Origin: the human T2T-CHM13v2.0 reference genome, Homo sapiens | Length of the DNA: 64,000 nucleotides | Direction: 5' to 3' (one strand) | Assembly: GCF_009914755.1 (NCBI RefSeq) | Contig: NC_060927.1 | Shown here: piece after piece, positions 30,945-46,837 of the stretch | Layout: each line of letters opens with the position of its first letter | Position numbering within the stretch: the first letter of the stretch is position 1 | Translations under genes and position numbers: made by a program | Notes under the pieces: model-generated | What the model saw: only the letters and a program-made list of their open reading frames with translations | What the model was told of the DNA's origin: nothing | Databases searched by the model: none

Positions 30945-31478
30945 AACTTGAGGCATCTCCAAAAGCAGCTGCCATCTCTCCAAAGGTGGAGCGCCATACA
31001 TGTGGCTCCTTGTGTGCACATGGGGCTCCTCATATCACAAAGTGTTTATTTCCTTTCCTCTTGGATCTGGGTCAGCCAATATAAGGCAACTGTGCCAGTT
31101 CTGGGCCTAACTTTTAAGAGGATGTCAGCTTGCACTTTCTCTCTGAGAGAAAGCCAGCTACTATGTAAGAAGTCTGACTATGCTGAGACCACCATGCTGT
31201 GAGAAAGCCCAAGCTAGCCATGTAGAGATTCCACCGGGGAAAAAAATCAACCCAGTGAGAACCAAAGGCCATAGACATATGTCTCCAGTTGAATTCTCCA
31301 AGCCATCCTCTCTACTTGTTCAAGGCTTCTGGTTGGGGCCCCAGATATCCTGGAGCACAGATAAGATACACTGCTGTGCCCTGTCTGAATTCCTGATCCA
31401 TAAATCGTGGGTAAACAAAATAGCTATTGCCAAAGCCACCAAATTTTGGGGTAGTTTGTATATAGCAATGAACAATTG
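30945..31478 (+). mobile_element. MLT1-type LTR
   Basis: ccagctactatgtaagaagtctgactatgctgagaccaccatgctgtgagaaagccc...ttttggggtagtttgtatatagcaat. Confidence 0.7.
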
Positions 31479-32917
31479 AAACAAACTGAGGGACCTACCA
31501 GATCAACTTCAAAGGCTACTCCTGGCCTACAACAGGTGTGTTCCACTGATTGCCACAGCCTGTCTTGGAGAAGAGAAGAGCAGAGGAGGGTAGGAGAAAG
31601 CAGGGAGTCAAAAGTCAGAAGTGAGGCAGCTAAAGGGAGGGTTGTTTCCTTTGTGCTGTCCTTTTCCTGCAGCTGCACAAAGGAAAAAGAAAATAAATCA
31701 GAGGGGGAACCCTGTACCAAACAGCGAATTAGAATGTCTTGCTTATTCACCAAGAAAACAAAAGGTGAGATCCAAAGGAAAGAGGAATGGAAAGAAATGA
31801 CAGAAAATGAATCTAAGAGAGGAAGAAAACCCAGGATATAATCTATGAGTGTGGAGAGGTTTTCACTTGTGGCATTTGGCTCCCACCAGTTCTCTTGAGG
31901 CTAACCAGTTGTGTGGCTTGGATGGACCTTCAATCACTCTGACCCCCAGAAAGGGAAAGGGAAAAAAGCAGCCTCCACAGTCCCTTCTGATTCTGACACT
32001 GTGATGCTCGGTGCCTTCACTGAGTAAAGGGCAGACATGGCCCCACCACAGCCTGCCCTGCCACACCTGCATTCCCTTGCTTGATACCCTTTAGTGGTGC
32101 CCATGACTTTGAGGAATAAAGGCAAACTCATCATCCTGGCTCCAAGGCCTCCCACTGAGGGTATTTCATGGATTCCAACGTTTCACTGAGACTAAACAAA
32201 AAACCATGTACCTGTCAGACTTTTCAGGTCCCCATATTTTAATTCATGACACCGAATCCCATGATACTTTTATGAGGTGGCTATTATTATCTACTCTCTG
32301 TAGATGAGGAAGATCATAGGTGTGAAGAGACTTCCCCTACGTAAAAGAGAGATGAATGGTAAAGGATGCTGGTAGATTGACTAAAAAAAATCTAGGCTGG
32401 CCAAAAGAATGCAGTCGAAGGGATGGTGTGTGAGTTCCTAACCTAAAAGTATCAAAAGACCTTATATGCCTCCTCCAGTCTCTTGTGGATCTCTCTGCCT
32501 CTGCCATGAAAACAGCCCAGGCTGGAGAACAAGAGATCATGTAGAGTCAAGCCAAGTAATCTCAGTTGTCTCAGATGATCTTGGCTGAGCCTCAGCTTTT
32601 TGAAAGCACCAAGCTAAGATCAGCAAAGTCCTCTAGCCAACCTGCAGCTGCCAGTAGGTGCATGAATGACTGAGCCCTGATAAGTCCAGCTCAGACCAGA
32701 ATTGCCCAGCCAACGTTGGAGCAATAATAGATGGCTGCTACTAAGCCACTATGTTCTGGGATGGTTTGTTACTCAGCACTATTGATGCAATAGCTGACTG
32801 ATACATGGACAGTCAGGACTCAATCTGTGATTCTGACTTGTCTCCAGGCTTGCTCTCTATCCTCCAGCTGACAATTTTTTGTTCATCACTGTCCCCAAAG
32901 ACCCTGAAGGCCCTTAC

Positions 32918-33283
32918 CCACAGTCCTTGGGGTAAGTGTCACCGAGAAGAGCAGGTCTAGCTGCTTGCCGCTCGTGGGGCTGCAGTTAGAGATGTTGACC
33001 CAGAAGCTGTGATGGTGGAAGCTTGGCTTGGGGAGCACATCCTCGTCCAGGCTGAAGATCTCCTCAGCCCGGGTCCGCTGCTCCTGGATGATCATGAATG
33101 CGCGCCCTGTCTGGCAGACCACGCCGCTCCGCTCCTTAAAGAAAGTCAGGCAGGCCACCTGGTCTCTGGGCACGCTGATGTTCCAGGACACAGAGGTGAG
33201 GGATGGCAGGCCCCGGTCCCAGTTGGGGGTCCTCAGGTAGACCTTGCTTTTTGTGTCAGGGGTCACCGTGAAAACGCCTTCCT
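32918..33283 (-). CDS. CDCP1: CDCP1 exon 7 (366 nt, CUB-like)
   Basis: ctgcag|AGGAAGGC...ACTGTGG|gtaagg; EEGVFTVTPDTKSKVYLRTPNWDRGLP...TLTPRTV. Confidence 0.97.
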
Positions 33284-33379
33284 CTGCAGGAAAGGGAGGG
33301 AGATCCAGACAGATGTTTCATTCAGTCAACATGGAGAGGAAAGGGAGTGGTGGAGGAGACGAAGTCCAACTGTCCAGAC

Positions 33380-33900
33380 CAGCGCTGTCTAACCGAACTT
33401 TCTGCGATGATGGAAATCTTCTAGATCTGCACCATCTGATAGGGTAGCCACCAGCTATATGTCTGCTGAGCCTTGAAATGTGCCCAGCATGACCAAAGAA
33501 CTGCATTTTAAATTTGTTTCATGTTAATTTATTATTATTAGTTATTTTTGAGAGGGAGTCTCACTCTGTTGCCCAGGCTAGAGTGCAGTGGCACGATCTC
33601 GGCTCACTGCAAACTGCAACCTCCACCTCTCAGGTTCAAGCAATTCTCCAGCCTCAGCCTCCCGAGTAGCTAGGACTACAGGCATGAGCCACCATGACCG
33701 GCTAATTTTTTGTATTTTTAGTAGAGATGGGGTTTCACCGTGTTGGCCAGGCTGCTCTTGAACTCCTGAGCTCAAGTGATCTGCCTGCCTTGGCCTCCCA
33801 AAGAGCCGGGATTATAGGCATGAGCCACTGTGCCCAGCCTCATATTAATTTAAATTCAAATCATTGCTATGTGGCTAGCACCACTGTATTGGTCAGTGCT
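33380..33900 (+). mobile_element. MER3-like element with an AluS (33530-33839, minus) inserted
   Basis: cagcgctgtctaaccgaactttctgcgatgatggaaat ... gtggctagcaccactgtattggtcagtgctg. Confidence 0.75.
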
Positions 33901-35021
33901 GGATCAGTCTCAGTCAGAGTAGGTACTCAGGACTTTTGAAAAAAAACAAAACAAACAGGCAAATAAAAACCAGGCAAGTTTCCCAAACTGGTGGTTATCT
34001 CAGCTTCCCTTCAGAAATGCTCTCAATGTAGCTACTATATTCATCTATTGCCCTCTCCGGGGTGGGGCTGGTATAGCCTGATTTCTGTTTCAGAGATTAA
34101 AATATCTTCAGGTTCTGGGAAGAGTTCCGGAACTGCAAAGCTGAAAGAGCTCCTGACACGTCAACTAATCCCTTCCTTACCTTCAGGAGAGATAAAACCC
34201 ACACATTCCACACTGATGAGAATGTGTCTTATTTGCAAAGACTCCTCAGAAGGAGTTTCTCTGGTAACCTTGGAGATATCAGGCAGCCTGGACCCACCTT
34301 AATCTTATGACCAAAGATTCTTCTCCCTCCCACTCACACCTCAGAGAATAAGAGTAGGAAATAAACATCAAAGGTCTTGGTCAATTTTAAAATGGCCTCT
34401 AACTTAATGTTCTTGGAGCAACTTGTAATGGTGACTGTGACTTTTAAAGTCAACCATGTAGAAGTCACGTTGTGAGCCATTTAGACCTCATTTACTGCCT
34501 CAGAACATGGAGACCACATGCCAGCCTCCCAGGAGGGTCGGGTCTGCCCAGCCGTGCTGCTGGACTCTGGCTCCAGAGACTCGTCTCCCTCCCAACGCTC
34601 CTCCCTCTGTGCTCTCGGCACTGCATTCTGAATTGTAAAAGCAGAGTCATAAAAATGTCTGCCTAAGGATTTTTATGTCACTACCTTAAAAATCCGGGAC
34701 TGGGGAATATCTGGCTATTTCTCATTTACGTCCTGCCTGCTTCCAAAAAAGACTCAAACCTGATAATGTTTTTGCTGCCTACCAACCATCGCCTCTCACT
34801 GTCAGAAACATTTTTTATTTCTAATCTCAGGAATTTTCCATGCTAGGTTAATGGTAAAGTCAGGATTAGGACTCACTATCTTTCAAATTTCTTGTGCAAG
34901 GACCAGCATATTGAGCTATCCCTTCTTTCCAAACTGGCAACTTAATTAAGGTGATCACAAAACTAAAATCAAATAAACGCTTAAACTAAAGGGGCATGGA
35001 GATAGGGGAGACCCCCCTTAC

Positions 35022-35402
35022 CTTTGAAATAAGGTATAAAGGACACCGTCAGACCCTGCCTGGAGGCCTCTTGTCGGAAGCTGGGGGCAAAGGTGCGAAG
35101 GGTCACCGAGATGTTCTGCTTCACCTGGATCTGCTTGATAGAGCCTCCCGGGCAGAAGGAGCCGAAGTACAGGTCCTGGCTGGGTATGGCACTGGCCACG
35201 AGGTAGCTGAAGCTGGTGTTGCAGGGCTTCTCGTGTGTATGCTGCTGCAGCTTCTGGGCTGGCACCAGCACCAGGCTGAGCCTGTCCTTGGGCACCAGCA
35301 GCTTCCAGGAGAAGTCATGCAGCTCCACAGGCAGGTGGAGGATGTCACTGGGCACCTGGAGTGAGTAGGATTTCCTTTGGCAGTACCGGTGGTCTGTGCA
35401 GC
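35022..35402 (-). CDS. CDCP1: CDCP1 exon 6 (381 nt)
   Basis: ttccag|GCTGCACA...TTCAAAG|gtaagg; SCTDHRYCQRKSYSLQVPSDILHLP...FIPYFK. Confidence 0.97.
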
Positions 35403-35976
35403 CTGGAAGAAGTGGGGCATGCTAGCCATGCACAAAGGAGACCAGAAGTGCACCCTCCCCAGCTCTCCCGTCAGCCTGAGGTTGGGTGTCTGCATGCTGC
35501 CCTGTGTTTCCCTTCGGTCTCTCTTCTCCCACCCTGCCCTCTGCTTCTGGCTCCTCTGTGTTCCTTTTCTAGCGGTCCCTCTGCTCTCTTAGTAAACATT
35601 CTTACTGTTTACTAAGCTGGCAAACAAACTTCTGGGTAGTACTCAGGGTTGAAATTTCCTCTCCTTTTTTGCTTAAGTTTTTCTTCTGTGTATCTGTGTC
35701 TTAGATGCTAAGTGTCATGGGGCAGGGCACAGGTTTCACTGCACCCAGACGTGTTGCTCAGGAGGCAGTTCTGGGCAGTGGTTGGAGCTGTGAGTGGCGT
35801 TGGGGAGATGTTAGTTCGTCTTCTGGCTCTGCCACTTCCTAATAGGGTGTTCTTGGGCAGGCTACTTTGCCTCTTGTGGCCTTAGTTCCTGCATTTGAAC
35901 TAAGAGCACACATCAGAAGTCATGGTAGCCCAGCAAGGAGGTGGCTGTTGGTTTACTGGCCTTCAGTCATCAAACA

Positions 35977-36304
<328 letters not shown>

Positions 36305-36686
36305 AATCAAACATTTTTCAAGTGACTAGTGCATGTCCAGCACCGGTAGGGGCTAACTGGATGAAAAATAGAACGAGTCAAAGTTCTTGACCTCAGGAAT
36401 CACAGTCTTGTGTGAGAGAAGACAAGAGGGCAGTGAGTGTGGAAGTGGGGGTGTGGGGTGTGGGGGGATGGGGATGGGAGAGGCTGGGGAAGTCTGAGCA
36501 AGAGAGGAGAGGATCTCACAAGAGGAAGATTGGAAGGCTGGGCAGAGAGACATAAGCCTGAACATGGGGCAGTATGACACAGTTCTGAGGGCTGCAGGCT
36601 CTACCTGAGGCTGGTCCAAAGGGACGTGTTGACACCCACTCTGCTTGCCTCCTGGTCACCCTTGCTCACCTGCACTGTGGGTGGGG

Positions 36687-36977
36687 TTTTTTTTTTTTTT
36701 TTGAGTCTTACTCTGTTGCCCAGGCTAGAGTGCGTGGTGCAATCTCGGCTCACTGCAACCTCCGCCTCCCAGGTTCAGGCCATTCTCCTGCTTCAGCCTT
36801 CTGAGCAGCTGAGATTATAGGCGCCTGCCACCATGCCCAGCTAATTTTTGTATTTTTAGTAAAGATGGGGTTTTACCACGTTGGCCAGGCTGGTCTTGAA
36901 CTCCTGACCTCAAGTGATCCACCAGCCTTGGCCTCCCAAAGTGCTGGGATTACAGGCGTGAGCCATCGTGCCCGGCC
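36687..36977 (-). mobile_element. AluS
   Basis: Full dimer. Confidence 0.92.
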
Positions 36978-37090
36978 AGATGGGCCTTTTTGATATGATT
37001 TACAACCTACCCAGGGAACCCCACTAAGGCAAGGCGGGGAGAGAAGAGCTATCCATGGCCAGGGACAAATGCACTGATTCAGGGGCGTAC

Positions 37091-37312
37091 TTATGGTTTT
37101 TTCCACATTCATCCACAGACGTGTCAGATCATCACAAAGGAAGGAGATTTTGTGTTTGGAGCCAGATGTCAGGGTGAGGTTGCTACTGCAGGTCCGAGAT
37201 TCTAGACACACGAAACAGCCAGGGACAAACTTGCGGCTCTGTTTGACGGGCCGTGGCTCGATGGTGAGTGACATGGCTCGCTCATTACTCAAGTCAACCA
37301 CGTAGATTTTAT
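37091..37312 (-). CDS. CDCP1: CDCP1 exon 5 (222 nt; contains the KQSR/K serine-protease cleavage site)
   Basis: tttcag|ATAAAATC...ACCATAA|gtacgc; [33 protein letters not shown]...VEKTI. Confidence 0.97.
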
Positions 37313-37439
37313 CTGAAACCACAAACAGAAAACAGGCAGGAAGCATGGATCAGCAGCAACACGGGAAATGGCAAAAATTGGTAGAAAACCTCTCCTGAGG
37401 AAGAAAATGGCATATCAGACCATGGATGGATAATGTTGG

Positions 37440-38720
<1,281 letters not shown>

Positions 38721-38776
38721 ATTATTGGTCATTTAGGTGATTTCTATAATTTTGCCATTAGAAATAAATGAACAGT

Positions 38777-39098
38777 GCCAGGCATGGTGGCTCACACCTG
38801 TAATCCCAGCACTTTCAGAGGCTGAGGCGGGTGGATCACTTGAGGTCAGGAGTTGCAGACCAGTCTGGCCAACATGGTGAAACCTCATCAATACTAAAAT
38901 ACAAAAATTAGCTGGGCATGGTGGTGGGCGCCTGTAATCCCAGCTACTCGGGAAGCTGAGGCACGAGAATCGGTTGAACCCAGGAGGTGGAGGTTGCAGT
39001 GAGCCGAGATCCCGCTATTTCACTCCAGCCTAGGCAATAGAGCAAGACTCTGTCTCCAAAAAAAAAAGAAAGAAAGAAAGAAAAGAAAAGAAAAAAAG
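38777..39098 (+). mobile_element. AluS
   Basis: Dimer with (GAAA)n tail. Confidence 0.92.
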
Positions 39099-39937
39099 AA
39101 TAGGGATACCTTTTCAACTCTTTAGAATAGATTACCAGATTGGTTTATAAAAGACTCATTTCACTTTTTAATGTTATCCCTAGAAAGCTCTACACCACAG
39201 ATGCCTGGGGATCAACTTGTACTGAGTTGCTTTTGAATTTCATTCATTCTTTTGTTTAAAAAAAAAAAAAAAAAGCCCATCAGATTAGGAAGGCGCCTGT
39301 GCAAAGTGGTGCTAACTTTGCAATTCAAGGGTGTTGACAATATCACCCATCAGCGCCAGCGAATGAGTTCAATTCTAACTGGGAAAGCTCTATTTCCAAA
39401 AAGGCCTGCTAAACTTCCTTCTTCCTCATAACAGGAACCATATAATTGATGGACTCTCTCCTCTTGAACTGGCTGCAGGGAAGCTCGGTGTCAAATTAGT
39501 AGCACAATTAGGAAAATGTTTTATGGCTGTCATATCTGTTAATTGCCTGCTGTAGTTCTTGCTGTCTATTTTCCACGTAAATTTTGACATCACATCCAAT
39601 AGTGCTTTAATTAGAGAGATGCCATGTCTAGAGCTGAAGTATATATTCTAATGCTGCTAACTTAAATATAATTTGATTTGGAAAATAGTCAGCTTTTCAA
39701 TCACCTGGCCCCACATCCAGCTCATTTCTTACTGTCTTTCAAAACTCACCTTCATTGTTACCTGCAGGACACCTCCCCACCCCAAAGCCGTGTTAGAAGC
39801 CCCTCTGCTTCTGCAGTCCCTGCTTACCTTTACCAAGGCCCCGCCACACACTGCAGTGGTCTCCCCACCCGCTCTTCCCTCATTTCCATCTTACCAAAGC
39901 CATGCATGCACATACTTTAAAGCAGAGATTCTCAGCC

Positions 39938-40080
39938 TTTATTATTATTATTATTATTATTATTTTGGGGGACAAAGTCCCACCCTGTCACCCAGGCTGG
40001 ACTGCGGTGGCGTGATCATAGCTCACTGCAGCCTCAACCTCCCAGGTTCAAGCGATTCTCCTGCTTTAGCCTCCTGAGTA
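39938..40080 (-). mobile_element. Alu right-arm fragment with (TTA)n tail, broken by a templated insert
   Basis: Ends gcctcctgagta, then a copy of 38492-38612. Confidence 0.85.
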
Positions 40081-40229
40081 TCTGTGAAACAAAACAGCTA
40101 TTTATATGTACAGATTTATGTATGCAGATGAAGAGAAAAAAGATATGGAGAGAAATATAACAAATCCGTGACTGTGGTTACCCCAGGGGAGGAGCCTGGG
40201 ATAACCGCAGTAAAACATGCTCTGTTCCA

Positions 40230-42500
40230 TTGCTCAATAACACACTCCGTTCCATTGCTGCCTATGGATCTTTCAGTTTCAGGCACTGTCTATTGGCTTC
40301 CCACTCAGGAAGATGTGGATTTCTCCTCCTTCACCCCACACCCCCTCCACACCCCACACCCCCACAACACAGCACAGACTAGCGAACACTCACACCACAC
40401 ACACTTCCCATTCCCATTCTCCCATCTTCCTGATAGTTAGCGTCATATTTTCAGCTAGATCTTCATTCTATGTTTGTGTAATCGTGACTATGTAATAATA
40501 TTAACAGTGTTTAGGTAGCTACACTATATTGCATGCTATAATGATTTTTCCTTTCTGCATAAAATTTTGTGTTCCCTGTAGTGAATTATTATCATTTTAA
40601 TCATTTCCTTAGTTTCTATGTACTTATCAATAATTTGATACCCAAACTCTCTTCCACTTGTATAAATCTCCTTTCAATAAATTTGAAAACATTAGGTACT
40701 TCCTCAACTTCTTAAGAAATCTCTCCAGAGCCTTTTCAATGCTCTAATCTAAAGGGGCTGCTCTTGATGCCTGGTGCTCAGGTGTGATCCTGGATCTCCT
40801 TCACTGTTATCGTGGGATTCCCTTTGCTTCTCTCTTGGACTAGATCCTGGGCTTCCTGGATCCATCTTTTCTTTTCTTTTTTTTTTTTTTAATTTTTACT
40901 TTCTTTTTAGGTGGATTACAGCCTTCAGGTGCTTCTTGAGAAAGTATATATGGGGGTAAATTTTTTTAGATCTTGTAGGTCTAAAAATGTCTTTATTCCA
41001 CCTTCACACTTAATTGTTTGGCTTGGTATAAAATTCTAGGTTGGAAATAATATTCCTTCAGAACTTTGAAGATCTTACTCCATTGTTTTATAATACCCAG
41101 TGTTGCTGATAAAGTTTGTTGCCATTTGGTTTCTTCTTCCTCCGTATAAAACTTTTTTACCTCTTCTCTAGAAGCTTGTAGGGTCTCTGTGTCCCTGATA
41201 TTCTGAAATGTTACAATACTGTGCCTTGGTGTGGGTCTATTTATATCCATTGTGTGTGGTGGCCCCTTCCAGTTGGCAACTCATATCCATCAGTCCTGGC
41301 AAATGTTCCTGAAATATTTTGTGATGATTCCCTTCCCTCTATTTTTTCTCTGTAAAACTCCATCTATCCGGATATTGGGCCTCCTTGACTGGTCCTTGAG
41401 TTTTATATTTTCTCTTTCTTTCTATCGCGCTGGCTTTTTCTTCACTCCACTTTCTGGGAGATATCCTCAACTTTATCTTTCAGCCCTTTTGACTCTTTCA
41501 TTTCTGCTAACATATTTTTAATCTCCAAGAGTTCCTTTGAACTCTTGGAGATTAAAAACGAGCTTTCTCCTGAAAGCCCTTTTTAAAAATTACAACCGGT
41601 TCCTTTTACATAAACGCAGCATCTCTTCTTATTAACTTGAGAGTCTTGATAGCTGATTTTTAGTTTTTTCTCCCTCTATAGTCTCTGTTTCCTGCAAGTG
41701 GCTTTTCTTCTATTCATTTGTTTTAGTCTTTGTATTTTTCATTAGGCTTCACCAGATGTCTGGGGATCTATATACTGCTCTTATTTAAAGTGAGGCACTA
41801 ATGCTATTTGGAATAGCTCTGCTTGTTGACTGGGCTTCTCAGTAGGGTGATATGGCCAGATTGCTTCCTGGGGAGCCCATAACATCAATATCTTTGGGTC
41901 TTTTCTCTTAGATTGGTCAGATGCCCCCAGAGAAGAAGTCATTCTCTACCGAAGGGAAGAAACATACCCATGGGCACCAGGGAAGGAAGGATGGAGCCTC
42001 ATGCTCAGTACTTCAGTTTTACTCAATCCCCCGTGTTCAGCTTAGTACCTCCACCTTCAGTGTGACTGGGATCTTTGGTTCAGGGACTCTCATCTCAGGA
42101 AAAGAAACTTCTCTCTTCTGTCAGCTCAGGGAAGAACAGTTGTTTGGCTGCTTGTTGGCAAGGAGACCATCTGGGGCTCTAGTGGCTCTTCCCACCTTAG
42201 CCCCACATTTGCCCCCAGTTCTGGAGGAGACTTGCTGCCAATTCTTGAGGCTTTGCAGGATAAAGCAGATTTCTTCTTGGTTTTTCCCACTGTTGGCTTA
42301 GGATTCTGCCCTTTCACATCTGCTGGATCAGTTACCACCTTTCTACTCTATGAAATGTTATACGATATTTTTTCCTTTCTATTTCTCTTTCTTCCTTGAA
42401 TTTTATGTCTTTAAAAATACAAAAAAATTGTACCTTAAAAATGTTTTAAAATGCTTTAAAAATGTTCTAAGAAAACCCATTATAGTAGGGTGTATGAAGG
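40230..42500 (-). mobile_element. Old L1M 5'/ORF1 region
   Basis: ORF 40993..41250 RPTPRHSIVTFQN...QWSKIFKVLKEYYFQPRILYQAK is a degenerate L1 ORF1p C-terminus. Confidence 0.75.
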
Positions 42501-42654
42501 GAGTAAAGCCATCTTTAACAGGAAGTCATGATTTTCCTTTTACTTGTTCATCTTTCCCACCAGAATGTGAACTTCATGGCTCCACATAACTGGTATATGG
42601 TAGAGGATCAATTACAATGTTAGGCTGTTCATCCTCATGATATCCTTGAGGGAG

Positions 42655-43035
42655 TGTGTAAATCAGCTGAGGCTAAATTATGCTGCAGCAACAAATGATC
42701 CCCAAATCTGAATGGTTAGTATAACAAGGGTTTATTTCTTGTTCACTTTACATATTCATTGTGAGTTGGCTGCAGCTCTGGCTTATGTCTTCTGAATTCC
42801 AGATCCAAGTTGAAGAAGCCTCTATTTGTGACACAGCAGTCTTGCGACAGAGTTTGAAAATGTGAACCACATGATGAGTGCTGAGGCTTCTCTCAGAAGT
42901 GGCAGGCTCACTTCTGTTCACATCTCATTGGCCAAAGCAAACCCACATGGCCAAGGCTGTGGTCAATGCAGTACCAAGTCTAATCCTCCCTCAGCAGGGG
43001 TGGTGAATATTTTAGAACAAAAATGCAATCTAGCA
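42655..43035 (-). mobile_element. MLT1J/K-like LTR
   Basis: ttatgctgcagcaacaaatgatccccaaatc...cacttctgttcacatctcattggccaaagcaa. Confidence 0.65.
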
Positions 43036-43357
43036 TAGGAGGCATTATCACTACCATTTCGCAGACAAACTAAGGCTAGGAAGTGGTAAGACTGGCAATG
43101 AAGTCGACATCTTCCTGATTACAAAGCCTGTGCTATTTCTATGATGTTCACTGCTTCCCTGGACCCAACTGCCTCTCCTCTAGCCTGGTGGTTGCACTGA
43201 GGAGACAAGAAATTGTGTGGGCCCTGGGACTGGCTTCATGCAGCTCACTTATAGATGGCACACTCATGGAAAAACTCTGCCAACTGCCATCCAGTTTCAA
43301 GATGATAGTGAAGCTGTTCCTTAATGTGCTGTAGAAGTGTATTAAATGTGGTCATGT

Positions 43358-43689
<332 letters not shown>

Positions 43690-43813
43690 TCACCGTTCAT
43701 CAAATATGTACAGAGGGCCTGTTTCTACTTTCAACACTATGCTCCAGTGTTGGTACACACAATAAATAGGCTTTTCCTTACAGAAGGTTGCAATTTAAAT
43801 TTGCATTAGGTAA

Positions 43814-44121
<308 letters not shown>

Positions 44122-44232
44122 ATATATTCATTTTATAAAATACAAATTTAAAGCTTAGAAAGGTTAAGTAATTTGCCCAAACTTACATAGCTAGCTAGTG
44201 GGTAGGACCCAACATCCAAACATACGGTCTTA

Positions 44233-44715
<483 letters not shown>

Positions 44716-44717
44716 TG

Positions 44718-45880
44718 ATTTTTTTTTTTTTGACAAATAATTTACACATAATAAAATACACAGATCTTAAGTGTTCAGTGTGATGAGTCTGTACAATTTT
44801 GTTATATCCATTGTATCAATCACCCAAAGAAAGATCTAGAACATTCTTATCATCCCAGAGTTTCCTTTGTGCTCTTTTCCAGTCAGTTTCCCCCAACTTC
44901 CCATCCCCTAAAAGGCAACGATTTTCTGATTTCTATCACTGCAGATTCTGGCTGCCCTGGAACTTCATAGAAATGGAATTGTACGGTACATACTCTTTTG
45001 TCTCTGGCTTTTTTTCTCTCTGCAGAATGATGTTTTTAGGGCTCATCCATGTTGCTGTGGGTATCAGTCGTTCTTTCCCTTATTATTCCTGAGTAGTACT
45101 CCATGAGCGAGCATATCACATTTGTTTATCCATTCCTCTGTTGGTGATTTAGATTGTTTTCAGTTTTTGACTTTTATGGATAAGACTGCTATGAATATCC
45201 TTGTACAAGTGTTTGAGTAGACACATAGTTTCCTTTCTCTTGAGTAAATACCTAGGTCTCATAGGTAAGCACTATGCTTTTAATATAGCTTGTCCCCACC
45301 CAAATTCATATTGAGGTGTGGTCGGTCCCCAGTGGGGCAATGTTGGGAGGTGGTGCCTTTAAGAGGTGATTAGGTTGTTAAAACAGATTAATCTCTTTCT
45401 CACAAGACTGGGTTAGTTCCATGGGAGTGGATCAGTTTTCACAAGAGTGGGCTGTTATAAAGCTAGGCTGCCTCTCATGTTTTCATCTTTTTCACACATG
45501 CCCGTTTCCCTTGCCACTCCTCTGCTATATTATGGCACAGCAAGAGGCTCTCACCAGAAGCTGAGCAGATGCTGGTGCCATGCTTCCTGGACTTTCCAGT
45601 CACCAGAATCGTGAGCCAAATAAATCTCTTTTCTTTATAAATTACCTAGTCTCAGGTATTCTGTTATGGCAACACTAAATGGACTATGAGAGTAGGTGTA
45701 AGTTTAACTTCATAAGAATCTGCCAGACAATTCTCCCAGGTGGTCACACCATTTGACACTCCCAGGAGCACTCCATAAGAGTTCTGTTGCCGTCCATTCT
45801 CACCATCATTTGATGTTCTCAGCCTTTCTTGTTTTAGCTATTCTAGTGGGTGTGAAACACTATTGTGGTTTTACAGTTTA
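44718..45880 (-). mobile_element. L1M 3' region containing an MST-type LTR (about 45271-45690, +)
   Basis: ttgacaaataatttacacataataaaatacacagatcttaagtgttcag; LTR ends aacactaaatggactatgaga. Confidence 0.75.
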
Positions 45881-46509
45881 TATTTCTTTTGAAAATTACT
45901 GTATAATAATCAGGTGGACTGTGGTGAGATACCTCATGTCCCAGCTAAAACAGAAGCCCAGTTTATTGATTCTGGGGGCAAGACAGACTGCCCGTTATGA
46001 GGAGGCTCTCTGTAATATCACACTTCATTCCACTTTCTATTTTGCATTTGCACCTCATTCATTAGTCATTTTACACATTTCTTTCCACACTTCTTTTGGT
46101 TGGATCTCAAAATAACCTGAGGAACCTGAGGGGTAGACACAGTTAATTTCCCTGCTGCCTACAGAATGTTTTCATATGTGGCTTCAGCAGGCAAAACAGG
46201 GTGGAAATGTGCAGCCCTTATCTCTCACAGATGGGTGTTTTAAATGTAAAATTACCTATTAACATTCATAAATCTATGGAAAGACAAGACAGATCTTTAC
46301 TCAGTGAGGTCTGTGTGCTTTGACAAGTTGCCTTATCTCACCCTCACAACATGGGGGGAAGGAGGAATGACTATTGTTATTTTACAGCTGAGAAGGTTGC
46401 AAATTAACCGCTCAATGTTCCCTAATAAAGGGGCAGATCTGTGATCTGGACACAGTTTCCTGCCTTGAAAGAATCCCATAGTTTTTCTACAACATTGCAG
46501 ATGCCTTCA

Positions 46510-46837
<328 letters not shown>

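Noticed and set aside
36873-37090. Exon-5 read-through ORF as another soluble isoform
   Set aside because: The open frame runs into an Alu, and I found no supporting evidence comparable with intron 4.
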